From Myxococcota bacterium (GTDB lineage Bacteria; Myxococcota_A; Polyangia; Nannocystales; Nannocystaceae), in contig JBCCWC010000004.1 in the NCBI GenBank assembly GCA_039194325.1, positions 1-64,000 on the forward strand: a stretch of 64,000 nucleotides of DNA, written 5' to 3'. This document shows positions 24,203-34,862 of the stretch, piece by piece. The notes beneath the pieces were generated by a model, which was not told where the DNA came from, ran no database searches, and saw nothing but the letters and a program-made list of their open reading frames with translations. Positions within the stretch are counted from its first letter, which is position 1; every line of letters begins with the position of its first letter. Position numbers and translations under genes: made by a program.

Positions 24203-24514
24203 CTAGTCGCCGAAGCCGAGCTGTTTGCGGCGTTCCTCAGCAGTGGGCAGCGGGTCTTGGGTCTCGGTGATGTTCGGCAGCTTCGGAGCCTGATCCGCGT
24301 TGATTTCTTTCCACTCCACGAGATCCGGGGTCAGCTCGCTCTCGTCGAAGATGGCCTCCACCGGGCACTCGGGAACACATGCCCCGCAATCGATGCACTC
24401 GTCGGGATCGATGTAGAGCATTTCCTCGCCCAGGTGGAAGCACTCCACGGGGCATACGGCGACGCAGTCGGTGAAGCGGCAGCGTTGGCAGTTCGAGGTG
24501 ACGACGAAGGTCAT
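24203..24514 (-). CDS. fdxA: 7Fe/8Fe ferredoxin (FdxA type)
   Basis: MTFVVTSNCQRCRFTDCVAVCPVECF...IDPDECIDCGACVPECP; AAGGAG SD sequence. Confidence 0.9.
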   Translation of the reverse strand: MTFVVTSNCQRCRFTDCVAVCPVECFHLGEEMLYIDPDECIDCGACVPECPVEAIFDESELTPDLVEWKEINADQAPKLPNITETQDPLPTAEERRKQLGFGD

Positions 24515-24762
24515 GCGCGCTCCTTGGGCGTTGGTCAGCCCTGCCGACTGCATACCACGGACTGACGTTCCAGCCCACTTGCGACCCCTACCAGGCCCTA
24601 CACTCCGGCTGGAGCCGCATTCCGGGCCGAGTTCGCGGGTGGGTGATACACCTGGCTCGTGCTCCCGCCGCTCACGAGCGTCCGTGGCCCCGATGGGCGC
24701 CCTCGGCTGCCCGGCTCCGTCCCTTCTCGGGCCACGGACGGGCGGATGGAGGGAGATCTCCC

Positions 24763-25761
24763 GTGAGCCCCCGCCGACCCACCCGCTCGATCTCGGGGCC
24801 GATCATCCTCAGCTCGGTCGCCGTGGTGCTCAGCACTGCGCTATTGGTCGGCTGGATCCTGGTGATCTACCGCAACCAGGTCCTCACGCAGAACTGGGAA
24901 GGGAATGCCTGGCTGATGGTGGTCGGGATCATCTCCTTCATCACCATCATGACGGTCCTGGTGCTGTTTTCGGTGTTCCTGGCCCGTGAGATCAAGGAGG
25001 TCCGGCGCCAGACTTCCTTCATCGACTCGGTCACGCACGAGCTGCGCAGCCCGCTGGCCTCGCTGCGGCTGTGCCTGGAGACCCAGGCCCGCCAGGAGCT
25101 GCAGCCCAGCCAACGTGAGCGACTACGGGAAATGATGCTCGACGACGTCGAGCGCCTATCGGCCCTTATCGACGACATCCTGGAATCGAGCCGACTGGCT
25201 CAAAACCTCGAGGCTCGACAGATCGAGACCATCGACCTCGAGTCCCTGGTGCAGCGGTGCGTGAACACCACGGCCCGCCGCCACCGACTCGATCCCGAAG
25301 TGATCTCCGTACAAGTACCGCCCCGTACGATCCTCCATACCGATCCGGTGGCCTTGGAGGTCTCACTGCGCAATCTGCTCGACAACGCGATCAAATACTC
25401 CGATATGCCCCGCAAGGTCGCGCTGCGAGCCGAACGATCGGCCGCGGGAGGCCTACGGATCGAGGTGCGCGACAACGGCGTGGGGATCCCGCGCGGCGAG
25501 CTCAAGCGAGTCTTCGAGCGCTTCTACCGCGTCGACGAGGAAGCGGTCCGCTCACGCCGCGGCACCGGGCTGGGCCTCTACGTCGCGGCCTCGCTGGTTC
25601 GGGGAATTCGCGGCCGTCTGCGCGCGCACTCCGAGGGTCCAGGGGAAGGCACCCGCATGGTGATCACCCTGCCCCCGCGGATCTGGGGGCCGGGCTCACC
25701 GAACCGAGTCAAGGACCCGCCACCCCGCTCGAGCCACTCCGACGAGGTCGCGTCCACATGA
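24763..25761 (+). CDS. Sensor histidine kinase with two TM segments
   Basis: THELRSPL H-box, NLLDNAIKY, DNGVGIP, FERFYR and GTGLGL motifs. Confidence 0.92.
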   Translation: MSPRRPTRSISGPIILSSVAVVLSTALLVGWILVIYRNQVLTQNWEGNAWLMVVGIISFITIMTVLVLFSVFLAREIKEVRRQTSFIDSVTHELRSPLASLRLCLETQARQELQPSQRERLREMMLDDVERLSALIDDILESSRLAQNLEARQIETIDLESLVQRCVNTTARRHRLDPEVISVQVPPRTILHTDPVALEVSLRNLLDNAIKYSDMPRKVALRAERSAAGGLRIEVRDNGVGIPRGELKRVFERFYRVDEEAVRSRRGTGLGLYVAASLVRGIRGRLRAHSEGPGEGTRMVITLPPRIWGPGSPNRVKDPPPRSSHSDEVAST

Positions 25762-26492
25762 GCACCGATCCTTCGCCCGGCTCCGCGACCCGGCTGCTGC
25801 TGGTGGAGGACGAGGAGCACCTCGCAGCCGGCCTCAAGCTGAACTTCGAGCTCGAGGGCTACCGTGTGGACGTGGCGCGCTCGGGACGAGAGGCGGCGGG
25901 CTTGATGCTCCAGCCTCAGCGCTACGACGCGATCATCCTCGACGTGATGCTGCCCGACGTGGACGGCTTCACCCTGTGCCACAAGCTCCGGGACGCCGGC
26001 AACCTCACGCCGGTGCTCATGCTGACCGCTCGCGACACGGTCGACGACCGCGTCGAGGGCTTGAACGTAGGGGCCGACGACTACGTGACCAAGCCCTTTG
26101 AGCTGAGCGAGCTGCTCGCTCGGGTACGCTCGTTGCTGCGGCGAACCTCCTGGGAGCAGCGCCAAGGCCCCGAGCCCACGCTCTCGGTGCTCGAGCTGGG
26201 CAACGCCACGGTCGACTTCGAGACCCACCACGTCGAGGTGGCCGGGCAAGAGCGCCAGCTGACCAAGCTCGAGCTGGACCTACTGCGCTACTTCGCCGAG
26301 AACCCGGGGCGAGTGCTCAGCCGGGTCGAGCTGCAAGAGAAGGTCTGGAAGCTCCAGAACTATCCGAACCGGCGGATGGTCGACAACTTCATCATGCGAC
26401 TGCGCCGACACTTCGAGCCGGAGCCAAGCAAGCCGAAGTTGTTCGTCTCGGTGCGAGGAGCCGGGTACAAGTTCGTACCGCCAGAGGAGTAA
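25758..26492 (+). CDS. OmpR-family response regulator
   Basis: LLVEDE, ILDVMLPDVDG, GADDYVTKPF motifs and a winged helix ending VRGAGYKF; ATGA overlap with the kinase gene. Confidence 0.93.
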   Translation: MSTDPSPGSATRLLLVEDEEHLAAGLKLNFELEGYRVDVARSGREAAGLMLQPQRYDAIILDVMLPDVDGFTLCHKLRDAGNLTPVLMLTARDTVDDRVEGLNVGADDYVTKPFELSELLARVRSLLRRTSWEQRQGPEPTLSVLELGNATVDFETHHVEVAGQERQLTKLELDLLRYFAENPGRVLSRVELQEKVWKLQNYPNRRMVDNFIMRLRRHFEPEPSKPKLFVSVRGAGYKFVPPEE

Positions 26493-26595
26493 ATAGCCGT
26501 GCTCGCGCGCACCGTCGCTCAGCACATGGAGCCCGACCGTAATCGTTCGCCGAGCTTCCAGTGCTTCCGGGAAGGGCTGACGGCGCTGGTGTCCT

Positions 26596-26632
26596 GACGG
26601 TGGCGGCGGCCCGCAGGCGAGCCGCCACCGTC
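26596..26632. terminator. 12-bp inverted repeat between convergent genes
   Basis: GACGGTGGCGGC...GCCGCCACCGTC; no U tract. Confidence 0.45.
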
Positions 26633-26640
26633 GCACGGGC

Positions 26641-27855
26641 TCAGGCCGCCCTGCGGCGACGCCAGCCCAGGCCCAGCAGGCCCAGGAGCATCAGCGCCCA
26701 GCCTCCGGCGTTTCGATCGCCGGCCACCGAGCAGCCACCGCTGCCGCCGTCGTCTCCATCGTCTCCATCGGCCCCGCCTTCCGATCCGCCGCTGCCCTCA
26801 CCGGTGCCGCCGGTCTCTCCGCCCGTCGAGCCGCTGTTGCCGGTCTCGGAGCCGCCGCCGGTGCCGCTGGTCGAGCCGGTCTCCCCGGCCTCGTCGCTCG
26901 AGCCGCCCTCGGTCTCGCCGCCGGTCGAGCCGCTGGTCGTGCCTTCGGTCTCGCCCTCGGTCTCGCCCTCGGTCTCGCCGCCCCCGAGGCAGCCGTCTTC
27001 GAGGTGCTCGAAGCAGACCTGCTCTAGTTCCTCGTCGGACAGGCCCGCCCACTCGTTGCCCTTGCCACCGCCGAAGCCGGTGCCATCGGTGCACTCACAG
27101 GCGATCAAGTCGACCGGATCATTGGAGATCACGCAGGTTCCCAGCCGGTTGCCGCACTCGAGCCCGGGCGGCGGTGGTGGCGGGGCGCCTCCGCACTCGA
27201 TGTCGACGAGATCTTCGCACACCATGATGAGCTCGGCCTCGGTCAGGCCGTCCCACTCCATGCCTCCGCCCATCCCAAAATCGCTGCCGTCGGCGCACTC
27301 GCAGAAGATCGAGTCGGGCTCGTTGGAGATCTCGCAGGTGCCCGCCGCCGTACCGCAGGGGATCCCCACGGGCGGCATACCACCGCAGAACGCGGGGATC
27401 TCTGCCTCGCAGACCGCTTGCAGCTCCATGTCGGAGAGCCCCGCCCACATGTTGCCCCCGCCATAGCCGCCGCCGCTGCCGTCGGCACACTCACAGGTCA
27501 GCGAGTCCTCGGGGTCGTTATCGATCACGCAGTTGCCCAGCGGGCTGCTGCAGGGGATGCCATCGGGCGGAAGGATCGGGCCGCAGAATGCGGCGAGCTC
27601 AGCGTCACAGATCGGCTGCAGCTCCATCTCGGAGAGCCCGGCCCAGTCGTTACCGCCCCCTCCGCCGCCCCCGATGCCGTTGCTGCACATGCAATCGACC
27701 CAGTCGAAGCCATCGTTGCTGACCGTGCACGTGCCGTCGGGGCTCATGCAGCTAGCCATCGCGGCCTGGGCCGGGCGGGGCGACGCCAGACCCAAACCAG
27801 CGACGGTAAGCAAACCAAGTCCAAAGTGAAGCCTAAGAGTCATACCCCTATGCAT
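26641..27855 (-). CDS. MYXO-CTERM-type surface protein with four ~60-aa six-Cys repeats
   Basis: Signal peptide; four copies of C..GTCxIxNDP.D.I.CECADG.G.GGG..W.GLS..EL..VC......C; GGCSV...LLGLLGLGWRRRR tail. Confidence 0.85.
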   Translation of the reverse strand: MHRGMTLRLHFGLGLLTVAGLGLASPRPAQAAMASCMSPDGTCTVSNDGFDWVDCMCSNGIGGGGGGGNDWAGLSEMELQPICDAELAAFCGPILPPDGIPCSSPLGNCVIDNDPEDSLTCECADGSGGGYGGGNMWAGLSDMELQAVCEAEIPAFCGGMPPVGIPCGTAAGTCEISNEPDSIFCECADGSDFGMGGGMEWDGLTEAELIMVCEDLVDIECGGAPPPPPPGLECGNRLGTCVISNDPVDLIACECTDGTGFGGGKGNEWAGLSDEELEQVCFEHLEDGCLGGGETEGETEGETEGTTSGSTGGETEGGSSDEAGETGSTSGTGGGSETGNSGSTGGETGGTGEGSGGSEGGADGDDGDDGGSGGCSVAGDRNAGGWALMLLGLLGLGWRRRRAA

Positions 27856-28137
27856 CTCCACTTCGCGGCTCATCCTTCACGACGATCTCGAAAAAGATCG
27901 TCCCCTCGACTGGGCGTAATGACGCTTACGAGGCGAGAGCGCGCATGCGAGGTGGGGTCACGAGGCCCCTGCGCGCGCAAAGTCGCTGTGCTCACGAGAC
28001 CACTACGCTCACGAGGCCCCGGCCCTCACGAGACCACGGACATATTTACTACGCGACGTCGCGCCGACCCTGCCGCCATGGTGCAGCCCTGTTGTGATTG
28101 TCCGGGCTGCACTGTGGGCGACTTGTGGGCGACCGGT

Positions 28138-28929
28138 TCAGCGGCAGACCGAGCCCGGGCCGTCGGCCACGGTGGTGCACTTTTGCCCCTTGGGGCAGCC
28201 ACCCTTGCCTGGAGTGCAGCGGAGCTCGCAGCTATAGAGCTTCGGGCCGCGTGGGCCTGCGATCCCGTAGTACTCGATGCAGGTCTTTGGCGCCTTGCAG
28301 GTCTTTCCGCCGCAATCGCCCTTGGGGGGCGCGCTATCGGGCGATGGTTTGTCGCCGGACTTCGGCTTGTCACCTGGCGCCGGCTCGGCACCGCCCGAGG
28401 GTCCTTCGCCGGGCGACTGGCCACCGGGCCTCGGCTCGCCTGCGGGCGAGCCCGGAGCCGATGGGTCGCCCGCCGATGGCGGAGCGGCGGCCGGCAGGGT
28501 GGCGCCGGTCTTGTTCCACCAGATGCACTGCCCCTTCACGCAGCCGCACTGGGTATCCGCGGGTAGCGAGACCGGGAGCACATCGCACATGGTGTTCACC
28601 CCGGCATCGGCGCTGCAGACCTCGCTGCTGCACCCGGTCGCGTGGCAATCGCTGTCAGCTTTGCAGTCGTTGGGGAAGTCGGTGCCCTCGAAGCGAGCGT
28701 GTAGGGTGTGATCGGCCGGGACGGCAGCCTGGCGAGCTCCGGTGGGCGGTGGATCGGCGGGCGGTGGATCGGCGGGCGGTGGATCGGTGGGCGGTGGATC
28801 GGCTCCATCGTCCGCGGGAGTGGGGGAGCCCCCGGGCGGAGGTGAGGGCTTCTCACATGCGGACGACGTGAGGACGAGCGCGACAGCAGCCAGGGTCGCA
28901 CCAAGAAAACGGGCTGGAGATCGATACAT
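28138..28929 (-). CDS. Lipoprotein with an eight-cysteine-cluster domain
   Basis: Lipobox LTSSAC; CKADSDCHATGCSSEVC...C...CGCVKGQC; Pro-rich linkers. Confidence 0.75.
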   Translation of the reverse strand: MYRSPARFLGATLAAVALVLTSSACEKPSPPPGGSPTPADDGADPPPTDPPPADPPPADPPPTGARQAAVPADHTLHARFEGTDFPNDCKADSDCHATGCSSEVCSADAGVNTMCDVLPVSLPADTQCGCVKGQCIWWNKTGATLPAAAPPSAGDPSAPGSPAGEPRPGGQSPGEGPSGGAEPAPGDKPKSGDKPSPDSAPPKGDCGGKTCKAPKTCIEYYGIAGPRGPKLYSCELRCTPGKGGCPKGQKCTTVADGPGSVCR

Positions 28930-29054
28930 GACGGGCTCGCCGGAGCTTACCCCGGACGGGGCCTCGTCTCGCAACCGGTCGACTGGCTTCCACGGCCAGC
29001 CTTGTCATGGCCGGCCTTTTCATGGCCAGCCTTGTCATGGCCGGTCACGCGAGC

Positions 29055-30788
29055 CTACTTGCCCTTGCCGCCCTTTTGCTTCTTCTCCAGCTTGGCCCAG
29101 CTGTCACGCAGCCCGATCGTACGATTGAAGACCAGCCGCCCCTCGGCGTGCTCCTGCCGGTCGGCGCAAAAGTAGCCGAGCCGCTCGAATTGCACCCGCC
29201 CTTCGGGGGGCAGCTCGGCCAGGCTCGGCTCGACCTTGCAGCCGCGCAGGACCTCGAGCGAGTCGGGGTTGAGGTGGTCGAGGAAGTCGCCCCCCTCCGG
29301 GACCACGCTGGGATTCTCCACCGCGAACAGGCGATCGTAGAGGCGAACCTCGGCGTCCATCGCATGCTCGGCGCTCACCCAGTGCAGCGTGCCTCGCACC
29401 TTGCGACCGTCGGGAGAGCGGCCTCCGCGAGAGTCGGGATCCCACGTGCAGCGCAGCTCGATCACCTCCCCTTGATCGTCCTTGATCACCTCGTTGCACG
29501 TCACCAGGCAGGCCGAGCGCAGCCTGACCTCGCGGCCGGGCGCGAGCCGGAACCACTTGCGCGGCGCCTCCTCGCGGAAGTCGTCGCGCTCCACGTAGAG
29601 CACCCTCCCAAAGGGCACCTGCCGGGTCCCCTCGCCCTCATCCTCGGGGTTGTTGGGCGCACTGAAGTGCTCGACCCGGCCCTCTTCCCAGTTGGTGATC
29701 GTCAGCCGTAGCGGACGAAGCACGGCCATGCGACGCGCCGACCAGCGGTTGAGGTGGTCGCGCAGCAGGTGCTCGAGCAGGCTGATGTCGATCACGCCAT
29801 CACGCTTGGCCACGCCGACCCGCTCGCAGACCTCGCGCAGCACCTCGGGGGGATAGCCACGCCGCCGCAGGCCCCGCAGCGTGGGCATGCGGGGATCGTC
29901 CCAGCCCGCCACGTGCCCCTCGTCCACCAGCCGTCGCAGGCGCCGCTTGCTGAGCAGGACGTAGCTGAAATTGAGCTTGGCGAACTCGATCTGCCGGGGC
30001 CGTGAAGGCACGGGCAGGTTGTCGAGGAACCAGTCGTAGAGCGGCCGGTGATCCTCGAACTCGAGCGTGCAGACCGAGTGGGTGACGTGCTCGATCGCAT
30101 CCTCTTGCCCGTGGGCAAAGTCGTACATGGGGTAGATGCACCACTTGTCCCCCGTGCGGTGGTGGGACGCCTTGAGGATCCGGTAGAGCGGCGGGTCGCG
30201 GAGGTTGAGGTTGCCCGAGGCCATGTCGATCTTGGCCCGGAGCACCGCCTGCCCCTCCTCGATCTCGCCCTTGCGCATGCGCTCGAACAGCTCGAGGTTC
30301 TCCGCCACCGAGCGGTCGCGGTAGGGGCTGTTGCGGCCCTTGTTGTGGAAGTCGCCCCGGTACTCGCGGATCTGCTCGGGGGTGAGGCTGTCTACGTAGG
30401 CCTTGCCCTGCTCGATGAGGTGCACCGCCCACGCGTGGAGCTGGTCGAAGTAGTCCGAGGCGAAGTAGAGGTGCTCGCCCCAGTCGAAGCCCAGCCAGCG
30501 GATGTCCTCCTGGATCGAATCGACGAACTCCTGCTCCTCCTTGGTGGGATTGGTGTCGTCGAAGCGCAGGTGGCACCGGCCCCCAAAGCGCTCGGCGAGG
30601 CCGAAGTTGAGGCAGACCGACTTGGCGTGGCCGATGTGGAGGTAGCCGTTGGGCTCGGGCGGGAACCGGGTCACGACCTGTTGGTGCTTGCCCGACTGAA
30701 GATCCGCCGCCACGATTTCGGCGACGAAGTTCTTGGGCTCGGAGCCCTCCTCGGGGGACACGCTCGGGTCGGTCTTGGGTTCGGTCAT
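29055..30788 (-). CDS. glnS: Glutamine--tRNA ligase
   Basis: [59 protein letters not shown] and QFERLGYF motifs. Confidence 0.97.
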   Translation of the reverse strand: MTEPKTDPSVSPEEGSEPKNFVAEIVAADLQSGKHQQVVTRFPPEPNGYLHIGHAKSVCLNFGLAERFGGRCHLRFDDTNPTKEEQEFVDSIQEDIRWLGFDWGEHLYFASDYFDQLHAWAVHLIEQGKAYVDSLTPEQIREYRGDFHNKGRNSPYRDRSVAENLELFERMRKGEIEEGQAVLRAKIDMASGNLNLRDPPLYRILKASHHRTGDKWCIYPMYDFAHGQEDAIEHVTHSVCTLEFEDHRPLYDWFLDNLPVPSRPRQIEFAKLNFSYVLLSKRRLRRLVDEGHVAGWDDPRMPTLRGLRRRGYPPEVLREVCERVGVAKRDGVIDISLLEHLLRDHLNRWSARRMAVLRPLRLTITNWEEGRVEHFSAPNNPEDEGEGTRQVPFGRVLYVERDDFREEAPRKWFRLAPGREVRLRSACLVTCNEVIKDDQGEVIELRCTWDPDSRGGRSPDGRKVRGTLHWVSAEHAMDAEVRLYDRLFAVENPSVVPEGGDFLDHLNPDSLEVLRGCKVEPSLAELPPEGRVQFERLGYFCADRQEHAEGRLVFNRTIGLRDSWAKLEKKQKGGKGK

Positions 30789-30948
30789 GGCCGTGGGGGG
30801 AAGCATAGCGCCTCTGAGCGGAGGTGGCGGCGCTCACGCAGAATGGGCCTCCGACATCCATTGGAGCCATTGACCCCGAGCACCTGAGCACCACGATAGG
30901 ACCCCCCATTCACCGCCCCAGGGCCGGCGATCGCGCTATCATGAAGCT

Positions 30949-31572
30949 ATGCCCATCCCGGCACCAATGCCGACCGACCTCTCGGTCGAGGCCTGGGTCG
31001 CCCTCGACGAAGACATCGGGGGCGAGCTCGTGGACGGTCAGCTCGTGGAGGAAGAAGTGGCTAGTCTGGCACACGAGCTCGTTGTCTCCTGGTTGATTCG
31101 CATCCTCGGCGCGTGGATCGTCCCCCGTGGCGGCTTCGTGCTCGGCTCCGAGACCAAGCTAATCATCTCACCGCGCCGTGGCCGCAAGCCCGACGTACTG
31201 CTCTTTTTTGGTAACAGCCCACGGCAACCATCGTCTTCGTCCTCATCCTCGGCGCTAGATTTCGCCGACATCGTCATCGAGGTCATCACCGCCACCCCTC
31301 GTGATCAACGCCGTGATCGCGTCGAGAAGAAGGCCGACTACGCCGCGCTCCGCGTTGGGCAGTACTGGCTGGTCGATCCCGAGGCGCGAACACTCGAGGT
31401 CCTCGCGCTCGACTCGAACGGGCGCTTCCTTGAGGTCCTCGCCGCGGCCGAGGGTATCCATCCGATCCCTGGTTGCACGGACCTGAGTCTCGACCTCGAT
31501 GCGCTGTGGGCCGAGGTGGATCGCGGGACGGCATTCCTAGCAGCGGCTCGAACGCACGAGACTGACGGCTGA
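30949..31572 (+). CDS. Uma2/DUF820 family PD-(D/E)XK endonuclease
   Basis: ELVDGQL, KPDV, IVIEVI and KKADYAALRVGQYWLVDP motifs. Confidence 0.88.
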   Translation: MPIPAPMPTDLSVEAWVALDEDIGGELVDGQLVEEEVASLAHELVVSWLIRILGAWIVPRGGFVLGSETKLIISPRRGRKPDVLLFFGNSPRQPSSSSSSSALDFADIVIEVITATPRDQRRDRVEKKADYAALRVGQYWLVDPEARTLEVLALDSNGRFLEVLAAAEGIHPIPGCTDLSLDLDALWAEVDRGTAFLAAARTHETDG

Positions 31573-31613
31573 GTCATCCCCGCCGGTCGCACCGCGCGCC
31601 CTTTGTATAGAAC

Positions 31614-32341
31614 TCAGGCCCTCACTGTCGCCCGGTCTTCGAGCCGGCTTACCCAACGATCGAAGTGCGGGCATTCGGCACGTACCTTGGGTAGCCCGAT
31701 CTCAAGAAAAGCGTCAATTCCATGAACCAGCTTCTCATAGCGCGACCCAACCTGGGCAACTAGCGACTGGATCCGCTTGGACGGAGCGGTCTTCTTTGAA
31801 TCATTGATATCTTCGGGGGTCGGAAAGGCATCTCGGATCTCCTGCAATCGAGATACCAGTTCGGGCTTGTGCAACCCCTCCGCCAAGTTTTGGCAATCGC
31901 TAAATAGAAGACCCTCGTATTCGTGCATGGTCACAAAGGGTTCGAAACGACGAGGATTGAAGCCCGAGCCCATGAAGCGGCCGATATCCTCATGCAGGGC
32001 GACGCCAACGACCTCGGCTCGTTCGGCAGCCTCGGCCACAGTCAGGCCAGCTGCACGGGCTCGTCCCGGCCAGGCACCGTTCCCCGAGGCCGGCAGCGCG
32101 TAGTAGTCGACCATAGTGCTCGCGATGCAAGCACGATCTTCGGTGAGGTGCCGGGTGATTTCCTTACGCACGGCGTCCCAGCGGCGAATCCCTCCCCTTT
32201 GCTCGCGACTCCGAGCATTGCCCAGCAGCCGAGCACTAACTACCGCGTAGCCTCGATTCATCAGATGTGGACCGAGAATCTCCTTGACGAATCTCTCCTC
32301 AGTATGCCCTCGACATGGACCAATAGGCGCAAGCCAGACAT
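31614..32341 (-). pseudogene. DUF4276-like (TOPRIM-type) protein split by a 1-nt frameshift near 32305
   Basis: MSGLRLLVHVEG, then a frame change to TEERFVKEILGPHLMNR; downstream STMVDYYALP, HEYEGLLFSD, PEDIND...APSKR and CPHFDRW motifs. Confidence 0.78.
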
Positions 32342-32342
32342 C

Positions 32343-33443
32343 TCAGGGCCGCCCTCCGAGCTCGTTCTTCTCCCATAGTTCCCCGAGGCTATAGTCTTCG
32401 AGCCACGCTTCGAGACGCTCGGGGTCGAGCCGTCGCAACTGAGTCGCCATTTCCTCACGCTCGGCAACGATGACATCCTCGGGCTCGAATTGGTCGAGCA
32501 GCAACGAAGATTGGGTAGAGAGGATCACCTGGGAGCCCTCGGCGGCCATCCTCACCAAGCTACCCAGCATGGCAATCGCGGCCGGATGGAGTCCGAGTTC
32601 GGGCTCGTCGATGAGGATGATTGGCGGGCGCAAGTCGACCGGCTGCAGCAACAAGGTCGCCAGGGCAATGAAGCGCACCGAGCCATCGGAGAGCGACGAC
32701 ACATCGAAGTGCTTATCGGAGCCTTGGTGACGCCACTCGAGTCGGATAGAATCTGAGCGAAGCGCCAGCGGCTCTAGCACGAAGTCATCGAAGAACGGGA
32801 TGATCCGATGCACAGCACGACGGATCGCCTTATACGACGAGGAGTGGCGCTCCCTCATGAGATAGAGGAATGCAGGGAGATTCGAACCGTCCGGGCGCAG
32901 GAAGCGGTTGTCGTTTAGGTGAGCGGTCTTTCGCAGAGGTGCACTCGAGCTGATGTCGTGGAAGTGGTAGGTTGTCCACTGGCTCAAGCGCCAGCGAGTC
33001 TTGGCGAAAATTGCTGCGGACGCGGAGTCGCTGATCCCGGCTTCCATGCCACCGCGAGGCTTGAGCGTATGTTCGCGAGGCTCCGAGAATGCGGGTCGCG
33101 CATCATAGGAAACTCGCTCATTCGCGGGATAGAGTCGATCCTCAGCCGTGACCGCCAAGGAAAGCCAATAGCCGCTCGCACCAGTCGACAGCCGAAACTC
33201 GACCTGCGGCGTAACCTTGGCTCCAAAGTACAGGATGCGATCCGCCCCACCCTGTCGCGCAACATAGTCCTGGAGTCGCCCTTCGCGGATTTCCTTGAGG
33301 AACGCGAATACCCCGAGAAAATTCGACTTTCCCGAGCCGTTGGCGCCGATCAACACATTGATCGGCAGCAGCTTCAGATCTTCGACCGACGCGATGCTCC
33401 GAAACCCCCGGATCGTGATCGCATCGAGCATCGCCTCAGCCAC
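32343..33443 (-). CDS. AAA_21/ABC-type ATPase
   Basis: GFRSI, LIGANGSGKSN, LSDGSVRF (signature), LIDEPELGLHP and STQS motifs. Confidence 0.9.
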   Translation of the reverse strand: MAEAMLDAITIRGFRSIASVEDLKLLPINVLIGANGSGKSNFLGVFAFLKEIREGRLQDYVARQGGADRILYFGAKVTPQVEFRLSTGASGYWLSLAVTAEDRLYPANERVSYDARPAFSEPREHTLKPRGGMEAGISDSASAAIFAKTRWRLSQWTTYHFHDISSSAPLRKTAHLNDNRFLRPDGSNLPAFLYLMRERHSSSYKAIRRAVHRIIPFFDDFVLEPLALRSDSIRLEWRHQGSDKHFDVSSLSDGSVRFIALATLLLQPVDLRPPIILIDEPELGLHPAAIAMLGSLVRMAAEGSQVILSTQSSLLLDQFEPEDVIVAEREEMATQLRRLDPERLEAWLEDYSLGELWEKNELGGRP

Positions 33444-33446
33444 GGC

Positions 33447-34862
33447 TCACCACCACACCTTCCCGATCAGCTCCTTCGCCTCCGGCACCCCTCCTTGCAG
33501 CACCAAATACCCGTCGAAGGGCTCCCCCTCGGTCATCTCCCCGGCCAGCGACGTAGTCATCAGCTCGCGCACCTTCTGCGGGTCGTCGGGATGCACCCCC
33601 AGCGCCCAGCCCAGCTTGATGTACGCCACCTCGGGCAGCATGTTGGCCAGGGGCACCACCCCCAACTCGAGGATCTCCCGCCCCGTCTCGTACACGTGCA
33701 TCTGCACGAACCCCCACAGCGTCTGCAGGGTCATGTACACCGACACGCCCGCCTCCTGGGCCCGACGCAGCGCGGGATAGACCTTCTTATTGACGTGCCC
33801 CAGCCCAGTGCCCGCGATCACGATCCCTTTGTAGCCGCACTGCACCAGCGCGTCGATCACATCGGGCTGCATGTTGGGGTAGTAGTAGAGGAGCGTGACC
33901 TTGTCCTCAAAGGCCACCTGGACCCGAGCCTGCCGCTCGGAGCACCGAGACCGAACGTCGTCGTGCAGCAGCTCGATCGTCCCGTCCTCCTGCACCATCG
34001 CCAGCGGGATGTCGCCCAGCGTGCGAAAGGTGCTGCGATACGAGCTGTGCATCTTGCGGACCCGAGTGCCGCGATGCAGCAGGTTGTAGCGATCGGACGT
34101 AGGCCCGAACATGCACACCATCACCTCGGCGATCGGCCCAAGCGCGGCCGTATAAGTGCCCGCGATGAGGTTGCGCGCCGCGTCGGACGAGGGCCGATCC
34201 GACGAGCGCTGGCTGCCCACCATCACGATCGGTACCGGCGAGTCCTGCACCATGAACGATAGCGCCGCCGCCGTGTGCCCCATGGTGTCGGTGCCGTGGC
34301 CCACCACCACCCCGTCGTACCCCTCGGCGATGGCCTCGCCCACCCGGGTGGCCAGCACCAAGTACTCCTCGGCCCCCATGTTCTCCGAGAACACCCCAAA
34401 GAGCTTCTCGGTCTCGAGGTTGCAGATGTCGGCCAGCTCGGGCACCGAGCCATAGAGCTCACCGGGCGAGAACGCGGGAATCACCGCCCCGGTGCGGTAG
34501 TCGAGGCGCGAGGCGATCGTACCCCCCGTGCCATAGAGCATCACCCGGGGCTTGCCGGGATCCACCGGGAAGGGCTCCTCGGGGATCTTGTACTCGGCCT
34601 TGCGGTAGCCGAGCTGCTCCATGCCCAGGATCGTGTCGTGGCGGATCCCGATGTTGTAGCCGCTGATGAGCTTGAGCACGAGGTGATCGGGATCGGCCGT
34701 CTCGGAGCGCGGTAGCACCAGCCCCTCGAAGTCCCCCCGGGTGGTGCGAGCTTTCACCTCGCCCCACACGGTCACGCCGTAGCGCTTCATCACCCCGAGC
34801 ATCGGCTCGCGGTAACCTTTGTAGTCCTCGGGATCCGATCCGGGCTGATGGGCCTGGCTCAC
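33447..34862 (-). CDS. gatD: Glu-tRNA(Gln) amidotransferase subunit D (archaeal type)
   Basis: N-terminal domain with LVLKLISGYNIGI; GTGGTIASRLDYRTGAV, HGTDT, GSQRSSDRPSSDA, RKMHSS, GTGLGHV and MLPEVAYIKLGWAL motifs. Confidence 0.93.
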   Translation of the reverse strand: MSQAHQPGSDPEDYKGYREPMLGVMKRYGVTVWGEVKARTTRGDFEGLVLPRSETADPDHLVLKLISGYNIGIRHDTILGMEQLGYRKAEYKIPEEPFPVDPGKPRVMLYGTGGTIASRLDYRTGAVIPAFSPGELYGSVPELADICNLETEKLFGVFSENMGAEEYLVLATRVGEAIAEGYDGVVVGHGTDTMGHTAAALSFMVQDSPVPIVMVGSQRSSDRPSSDAARNLIAGTYTAALGPIAEVMVCMFGPTSDRYNLLHRGTRVRKMHSSYRSTFRTLGDIPLAMVQEDGTIELLHDDVRSRCSERQARVQVAFEDKVTLLYYYPNMQPDVIDALVQCGYKGIVIAGTGLGHVNKKVYPALRRAQEAGVSVYMTLQTLWGFVQMHVYETGREILELGVVPLANMLPEVAYIKLGWALGVHPDDPQKVRELMTTSLAGEMTEGEPFDGYLVLQGGVPEAKELIGKVWW

